Notes under the pieces: model-generated
What the model was told of the DNA's origin: nothing
Databases searched by the model: none
What the model saw: only the letters and a program-made list of their open reading frames with translations
Made by a program: the position numbers and the translations under genes
NCBI GenBank assembly: GCA_964276515.1
Contig: OZ193909.1
Coordinates: 10,230,001-10,294,000, forward strand
Length of the DNA: 64,000 nucleotides
Direction of reading: 5' to 3'
Source: Gordius albopunctatus
Lineage: Eukaryota
Shown here: positions 55,481 to 64,000 of the stretch, piece by piece
Layout: the number at the start of each line of letters is the position of its first letter
Numbering within the stretch: the stretch's first letter is position 1

Positions 55481-58400
55481 TTCTTATCATGAAAATCACG
55501 TCTGAAAATAACAACTTTCATCGGATGAATATGGTTTAATGGAAATAATTTTAAATATTTTGAGCTGAAAAATATATTTTTTGTTATTTTGTGTAAAAGA
55601 GCTTGAAAAAATATGTAAAAGTAATCTAATTTGAGATTCATATTAATCTCGATCGACTCCTTATAAGAAGTTTTAATCTGCGAAAACTATTATTTTTAGG
55701 AAAGACAACGTTGTATTGTTGCGATTAGTTTGTTTCATCGCGACGAGAGTGCTGAATTTTTGAAACATGCTATATGCGATGATTATTTCAAAGTAATAGT
55801 TATCTAATTGTGATAAATTTTTACTTCTTATGATGGAATACACGTCTGAAAATAACAACTTTCTTTGGATGAATATGGTTTAATGGAAATAATTTTAAAT
55901 ATTTTGAGCAGAAAAATATATTTTTTGTTATTTTGTGTAAAAGAGCTTGAAAAAATATATAAAAGTATGCTAATTTGAGATTCATATTAATCTCGATCGA
56001 CTCCTTATAAGAAGTTTTAAGCTGCGAGAACTATCATTTTGAGGAAAGACAACGTTATATTGTTGCGATTAGTTTGTTTCATCGCGACGAGACTGCTGAA
56101 TTTTTGAAACATGCTATATGCGATGATTATTTCAAAGTAATAGTTATCTAATTGTGATAAATTTTTACTTCTTATCATGAAAATCACGTCTGAAAATAAC
56201 AACTTTCATCGGATGAATATGGTTTAATGGAAATAATTTTAAATATTTTGAGCTGAAAAATATATTTTTTGTTATTTTGTGTAAAAGAGCTTGAAAAAAT
56301 ATGTAAAAGTAATCTAATTTGAGATTCATATTAATCTCGATCGACTCCTTATAAGAAGTTTTAATCTGCGAAAACTATTATTTTTAGGAAAGACAACGTT
56401 GTATTGTTGCGATTAGTTTGTTTCATCGCGACGAGAGTGCTGAATTTTTGAAACATGCTATATGCGATGATTATTTCAAAGTAATAGTTATCTAATTGTG
56501 ATAAATTTTTACTTCTTATCATGAAAATCACGTCTGAAAATAACAACTTTCATCGGATGAATATGGTTTAATGGAAATAATTTTAAATATTTTGAGCTGA
56601 AAAATATATTTTTTGTTATTTTGTGTAAAAGAGCTTGAAAAAATATGTAAAAGTAATCTAATTTGAGATTCATATTAATCTCGATCGACTCCTTATAAGA
56701 AGTTTTAATCTGCGAAAACTATTATTTTTAGGAAAGACAACGTTGTATTGTTGCGATTAGTTTGTTTCATCGCGACGAGAGTGCAGAATTTTTGAAGCAT
56801 GCTATATGCCATGATGATTTCAAAGTAATAGTTATCTAATTGTGATAAATTTTTACTTCTTATCATGAAAATCACGTCTGAAAATAACAACTTTCATCGG
56901 ATGAATATGGTTTAATGGAAATAATTTTAAATATTTTGAGCTTAAAAATATATTTTTTGTTATTTTGTGTAAAAGAGCTTGAAAAAATATATAAAAGTAT
57001 GCTAATTTGAGATTCATATTAATCTCGATCGACTCCTTATAAGAAGTTTTAAGCTGCGAGAACTATCATTTTGAGGAAAGACAACGTTATATTGTTGCGA
57101 TTAGTTTGTTTCATCGCGACGAGACTGCTGAATTTTTGAAACATGCTATATGCGATGATTATTTCAAAGTAATAGTTATCTAATTGTGATAAATTTTTAC
57201 TTCTTATCATGAAAATCACGTCTGAAAATAACAACTTTCATCGGATGAATATGGTTTAATGGAAATAATTTTAAATATTTTGAGCTGAAAAATATATTTT
57301 TTGTTATTTTGTGTAAAAGAGCTTGAAAAAATATGTAAAAGTAATCTAATTTGAGATTCATATTAATCACGATCGACTCCTTATAAGAAGTTTTAATCTG
57401 CGAAAACTATTATTTTTAGGAAAGACAACGTTGTATTGTTGCGATTAGTTTGTTTCATCGCGACGAGAGTGCTGAATTTTGTAAGCATGCTATATGCCAT
57501 GATGATTTCAAAGTAATAGTTATCTAATTGTGATAAATTTTTACTTCTTATGATGGAATACACGTCTCAAAATAACAACTTTCTTCGGATGAATATGGTT
57601 TAATGGAAATAATTTTAAATATTTTGAGCTAAAAAACGATATTTTTTGTTATTTTATGTAAAAGAGCTTGAAAAAATATGTAAAAGTAAGCTAATTTGAG
57701 ATTCATATTAATCTCGATCGACTCCTTATAAGAAGTTTTAATCTGCGAAAACTATTATTTTGAGGAAAGACAACGTTATATTGTTGCGATTAGTTTGTTT
57801 CATCGCGACGAGAGTGCTGAATTTTTGAAACATGCTATATGCGATGATTATTTCAAAGTAATAGTTATCTAATTGTGATAAATTTTTACTTCTTATCATG
57901 GAATACACGTCTGAAAATAACAACTTTCATCGGATCAATATGTGTTAATGGAAATAATTTTTAATATTTTGAGCTGAAAAATCTATTTTTTGTTATTTTA
58001 TGTAAAAGAGCTTGAAAAAATATATAAAAGTAAGCTAATTTGAGATTCCTATTAATCTCGATCGACTCCTTATAAGAAGTTTTAAGCTGCGAGAACTATC
58101 ATTTTGAGGAAAGACAACGTTATATTGTTGCGATTAGTTTGTTTCATCGCGACGAGAGTGCTGAATTTTTGAAACATGCTATATGCGATGATTATTTCAA
58201 AGTAATAGTTATCTAATTGTGATAAATTTTTACTTCTTATCATGAAAATCACGTCTGAAAATAACAACTTTCATCGGATGAATATGGTTTAATGGAAATA
58301 ATTTTAAATATTTTGAGCTGAAAAATATATTTTTTGTTATTTTGTGTAAAAGAGCTTGAAAAAATATATAAAAGTATGCTAATTTGAGATTCATATTAAT

Positions 58401-61400
58401 CTCGATCGACTCCTTATAAGAAGTTTTAAGCTGCGAGAACTATCATTTTGAGGAAAGACAACGTTATATTGTTGCGATTAGTTTGTTTCATCGCGACGAG
58501 AGTGCTGAATTTTTGAAACATGCTATATGCGATGATTATTTCAAAGTAATATTTATCTAATTGTGATAAATTTTTACTTCTTATCATGGAATACACGTCT
58601 GAAAATAACAACTTTCATCGGATGAATTTGGTTTAATGGAAATAATTTTAAATATTTTGAGCTAAAAAACGATATTTTTTGTTATTTTATGTAAAAGAGC
58701 TTGAAAAAATATGTAAAAGTAAGCTAATTTGAGATTCATATTAATCTCGATCGACTCCTTATAAGAAGTTTTAATCTGCGAAAACTATTATTTTGAGGAA
58801 AGACAACGTTATATTGTAGCGATTTGTTTGTTTCATCGCGACGAGAGTGCTGAATTTTTGAAACATGCTATATGCGGTGATTATTTCAAAGTAATAGTTA
58901 TCTAATTGTGATAAATTTTTACTTCTTATCATGAAAATCGCGTCTGAAAATAACAACTTTCATCGGATGAATATGGTTTAATGGAAATAATTTTTAATAT
59001 TTTGAGCTGAAAAATCTATTTTTTGTTATTTTATGTAAAAGAGCTTGAAAAAATATATAAAAGTAAGCTAATTTGAGATTCCTATTAATCTCGATCGACT
59101 CCTTATAAGAAGTTTTAAGCTGCGAGAACTATCATTTTGAGGAAAGACAACGTTATATTGTTGCGATTAGTTTGTTTCATCGCGACGAGAGTGCTGAATT
59201 TTTGAAACATGCTATATGCGATGATTATTTCAAAGTAATAGTTATCTAATTGTGATAAATTTTTACTTCTTATGATGGAATACACGTCTGAAAATAACAA
59301 CTTTCTTTGGATGAATATGGTTTAATGGAAATAATTTTAAATATTTTGAGCTAAAAAACGATATTTTTTGTTATTTTATGTAAAAGAGCTTGAAAAAATA
59401 TATAAAAGTAAGCTAATTTGAGATTCCTATTAATCTCGATCGACTCCTTATAAGAAGTTTTAATCTGCGAAAACTATTATTTTTAGGAAAGACAACGTTG
59501 TATTGTTGCGATTAGTTTGTTTCATCGCGACGAGAGTGCTGGATTTTTGAAGCATGCTATATGCGATGATTATTTCAAAGTAATAGTTATCTAATTGTGA
59601 TAAATTTTTACTTCTTATCATGAAAATCACGTCTGAAAATAACAACTTTCATCGGATGAATATGGTTTAATGGAAATAATTTTAAATATTTTGAGTTGAA
59701 AAATATATTTTTAGTTATTTTGTGTAAAAGAGCTTGAAAAAATATATAAAAGTAAGCTAATTTGAGATTCCTATTAATCTCGATCGACTCCTTATAAGAA
59801 GTTTTAAGCTGCGAGAACTATCATTTTGAGGAAAGACAACGTTATATTGTTGCGATTAGTTTGTTTCATCGCGACGAGAGTGCTGAATTTTTGAAACATG
59901 CTATATGCGATGATTATTTCAAAGTAATAGTTATCTAATTGTGATAAATTTTTACTTCTTATGATGGAATACACGTCTGAAAATAACAACTTTCTTCGGA
60001 TGAATATGGTTTAATGGAAATAATTTTAAATATTTTGAGCTAAAAAACGATATTTTTTGTTATTTTATGTAAAAGAGCTTGAAAAAATATGTAAAAGTAA
60101 GCTAATTTGAGATTCATATTAATCTCGATCGACTCCTTATAAGAAGTTTTAATCTGCGAAAACTATTATTTTGAGGAAAGACAACGTTATATTGTTGCGA
60201 TTAGTTTGTTTCATCGCGACGAGAGTGCTGAATTTTTGAAACATGCTATATGCGATGATTATTTTAAAGTAATAGTTATCTAATTGTGATAAATTTTTAC
60301 TTCTTATCATGAAAATCGCTTCTGAAAATAACAACTTTCATCGGATGAATATGGTTTAATGGAAATAATTTTAAATATTTTGAGCTGAAAAATATATTTT
60401 TTGTTATTTTGTGTAAAAGAGCTTGAAAAAATATATAAAAGTATGCTAATTTGAGATTCCTATTAATCTCGATCGACTCCTTATAAGAAGTTTTAATCTG
60501 CGAAAACTATTATTTTGAGGAAAGACAACGTTATATTGTTGCGATTAGTTTGTTTCATCGCGACGAGAGTGCTGAATTTTTGAAGCATGCTATATGCCAT
60601 GATGATTTCAAAGTAATAGTTATCTAATTGTGATAAATTTTTACTTCTTATGATGGAATACACGTCTGAAAATAACAACTTTCTTCGGATGAATATGGTT
60701 TAATGGAAATAATTTTAAATATTTTGAGCTAAAAAACGATATTTTTTGTTATTTTATGTAAAAGAGCTTGAAAAAATATGTAAAAGTAAGCTAATTTGAG
60801 ATTCATATTAATCTCGATCGACTCCTTATAAGAAGTTTTAATCTGCGAAAACTATTATTTTGAGGAAAGACAACGTTATATTGTTGCGATTTGTTTGTTT
60901 CATCGCGACGAGAGTGCTGAATTTTTGAAACATGCTATATGCGATGATTATTTCAAAGTAATAGTTATCTAATTGTGATAAATTTTTACTTCTTATCATG
61001 GAATACACGTCTGAAAATAACAACTTTCATCGGATGAATATGGTTTAATGGAAATAATTTTAAATATTTTGAGCTGAAAAATATATTTTTTGTTATTTTG
61101 TGTAAAAGAGCTTGAAAAAATATATAAAAGTATGCTAATTTGAGATTCCTATTAATCTCGATCGACTCCTTATAAGAAGTTTTAATCTGCGAAAACTATC
61201 ATTTTGAGGAAAGACAACGTTATATTGTTGCGATTAATTTGTTTCATCGCGACGAGAGTGCTTAATTTTTGAAACATGCTATATGCGATGATTATTTCAA
61301 AGTAATAGTTATCTAATTGTGATAAATTTTTACTTCTTATCATGAAAATCACGTCTGAAAATAACAACTTTCATCGGATGAATATGGTTTAATGGAAATA

Positions 61401-64000
61401 ATTTTAAATATTTTGAGTTGAAAAATATATTTTTAGTTATTATGTGTAAAAGAGCTTGAAAAAATATGTAAAAGTAAGCTAATTTGAGATTCCTATTAAT
61501 CTCGATCGACTCCTTATAAGAAGTTTTAAGCTGCGAGAACTATCATTTTGAGGAAAGACAACGTTATATTGTTGCGATTAGTTTGTTTCATCGCGACGAG
61601 AGTGCTGAATTTTTGAAGCATGCTATATGCCATGATGATTTCAAAGTAATAGTTATCTAATTGTGATAAATTTTTACTTCTTATCATGAAAATCACGTCT
61701 GAAAATAACAACTTTCATCGGATGAATATGGTTTAATGGAAATAATTTTAAATATTTTGAGTTGAAAAATATATTTTTAGTTATTATGTGTAAAAGAGCT
61801 TGAAAAAATATATAAAAGTATGCTAATTTGAGATTCCTATTAATCTCGATCGACTCCTTATAAGAAGTTTTAATCTGCGAAAACTATCATTTTGAGGAAA
61901 GATAACGTTATATTGTTGCGATTAGTTTGTTTCATCGCGACGAGAGTGCTGAATTTTTGAAACATGCTATATGCGATGATTATTTCAAAGTAATAGTTAT
62001 CTAATTGTGATAAATTTTTACTTCTTATCATGAAAATCACGTCTGAAAATAACAACTTTCATCGGATGAATATGGTTTAATGGAAATAATTTTAAATATT
62101 TTGAGCTGAAAAATATATTTTTTGTTATTTTGTGTAAAAGAGCTTGAAAAAATATGTAAAAGTAAGCTAATTTGAGATTCATATTAATCTCGATCGACTC
62201 CTTATAAGAAGTTTTAATCTGCGAAAACTATCATTTTGAGAAAAAGACAACGTTATATTGTTGCGATTAGTTTGTTTCATCGCGACGAGAGTGCTGAATT
62301 TTTGAAACATGCTATATGCGATGATTATTTCAAAGTAATAGTTATCTAATTGTGATAAATTTTTACTTCTTATCATGAAAATCACGTCTGAAAATAACAA
62401 CTTTCATCGGATGAATATGGTTTAATGGAAATAATTTTAAATATTTTGAGCTGAAAAATATATTTTTTGTTATTTTATGTAAAAGAGCTTGAAAAAATAT
62501 ATAAAAGTAAGCTAATTTGAGATTCCTATTAATCTCGATCGACTCCTTATAAGAAGTTTTAAGCTGCGAGAACTATCATTTTGAGGAAAGACAACGTTAT
62601 ATTGTTGCGATTAGTTTGTTTCATCGGGACGAGAGTGCTGAATTTTTGAAGCATGCTATATGCCATGATGATTTCAAAGTAATAGTTATCTAATTGTGAT
62701 AAATTTTTACTTCTTATGATGGAATACACGTCTTAAAATAACAACTTTCTTCGGATGAATATGGTTTAATGGAAATAATTTTAAATATTTTGAGCTAAAA
62801 AACGATATTTTTTGTTATTTTATGTAAAAGAGCTTGAAAAAATATGTAAAAGTAAGCTAATTTGAGATTCATATTAATCTCGATCGACTCCTTATAAGAA
62901 GTTTTAATCTGCGAAAACTATTATTTTGAGGAAAGACAACGTTATATTGTTGCGATTAGTTTGTTTCATCGCGACGAGAGTGCTGAATTTTTGAAACATG
63001 CTATATGCGATGATTATTTTAAAGTAATAGTTATCTAATTGTGATAAATTTTTACTTCTTATCATGGAATACACGTCTGAAAATAACAACTTTCATCGGA
63101 TCAATATGTGTTAATGGAAATAATTTTTAATATTTTGAGCTGAAAAATATATTTTTTGTTATTTTATGTAAAAGAGCTTGAAAAAATATATAAAAGTAAG
63201 CTAATTTGAGATTCCTATTAATCTCGATCGACTCCTTATAAGAAGTTTTAAGCTGCGAGAACTATCATTTTGAGGAAAGACAACGTTATATTGTTGCGAT
63301 TAGTTTGTTTCATCGCGACGAGAGTGCTGAATTTTTGAAACATGCTATATGCGATGATTATTTCAAAGTAATAGCTATCTAATTGTGATAAATTTTTACT
63401 TCTTATGATGGAATACACGTCTGAAAATAACAACTTTCTTTGGATGAATATGGTTTAATGGAAATAATTTTAAATATTTTGAGCTAAAAAACGATATTTT
63501 TTGTTATTTTATGTAAAAGAGCTTGAAAAAATATATAAAAGTAAGCTAATTTGAGATTCCTATTAATCTCGATCGACTCCTTATTAGAAGTTTTAAGCTG
63601 CGAGAACTATCATTTTGAGGAAAGACAACGTTATATTGTTGCGATTAGTTTGTTTCATCGCGACGAGAGTGCTGAATTTTTGAAACATGCTATATGCGAT
63701 GATTATTTCAAAGTAATAGTTATCTAATTGTGATAAATTTTTACTTCTTATGATGGAATACACCTCTGAAAATAACAACTTTCTTCGGATGAATTTGGTT
63801 TAATGGAAATAATTTTAAATATTTTGAGCTAAAAAACGATATTTTTTGTTATTTTATGTAAAAGAGCTTGAAAAAATATGTAAAAGTAAGCTAATTTGAG
63901 ATTCATATTAATCTCGATCGACTCCTTATAAGAAGTTTTAATCTGCGAAAACTATTATTTTGAGGAAAGACAACGTTATATTGTTGCGATTTGTTTGTTT
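52001..64000. repeat. Sub-domain IV: increasingly divergent monomers
   Basis: New variants from ~52 kb: ACAACGTTGT, AAGTAATCTAAT, GAAGCATGCTATATGCCATGATGATTT. Many rare or private substitutions occur after ~56.7 kb (e.g. ~57369, 57481, 58551, 58818, 60318, 62240, 62628, 63375, 63585). Confidence 0.75.

Larger units (their letters stand above)
1..64000. repeat. Tandem satellite DNA array, ~344-bp AT-rich monomer, ~186 copies, running off both window ends
   Basis: TCGACTCCTTATAA(G/T)AAGTTTTAA recurs at 1, 345, 690, 1034 ... 63918. ORF-track coordinates step by 343-345 bp (about 337 in deletion monomers). No unique sequence, insertion or inversion was seen. Confidence 0.99.

Noticed and set aside
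365..63778. ~150 copies of a 61-aa minus-strand ORF (MLFSDVIFMIRSKNLSQLDNYYFEIII...) as a tandem gene family
   Set aside because: The start codon is TTG, the peptide has no recognisable domain, and it is rich in AT-codon residues. Many monomers lose it by a stop (TAATTATG allele), the 7-bp frameshift or start loss, and most visible variants change amino acids. One chance ORF multiplied by the repeat explains it. Ribo-seq, proteomics or dN/dS well below 1 would be needed to revive it.
1..64000. CRISPR-like or other repeat-spacer array
   Set aside because: There are no unique spacers; the entire unit is repeated at high identity, and no cas or other genes are present.

Overview
The whole 64 kb window is one uninterrupted head-to-tail tandem array of an AT-rich ~344-bp monomer (about 186 full copies plus a partial one, all in the same orientation; monomer 1 is 92/344 = ~27% GC by hand count). 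This looks like satellite DNA of the kind found in eukaryotic (peri)centromeric heterochromatin; species and family cannot be identified from sequence alone. I see no credible gene, RNA gene, transposon or CRISPR array. The ~150 near-identical 61-aa minus-strand ORFs are a by-product of the repeat. The interesting signal lies in the variation between monomers: (i) successive sub-domains with their own diagnostic variants, including a sharp switch near 24.7 kb; (ii) nested multi-monomer duplications with 3-, 4-, 5-, 7-, 8-, 14-, 15-, 21/19- and 44-monomer offsets and no single regular higher-order repeat; (iii) a monomer densely packed with short dyad symmetries, at or within which the common indels fall; (iv) CpG over-representation. 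All alignments were done by eye from the sequence and ORF-track coordinates, so boundaries are approximate. I found no evidence of a new protein-coding system.
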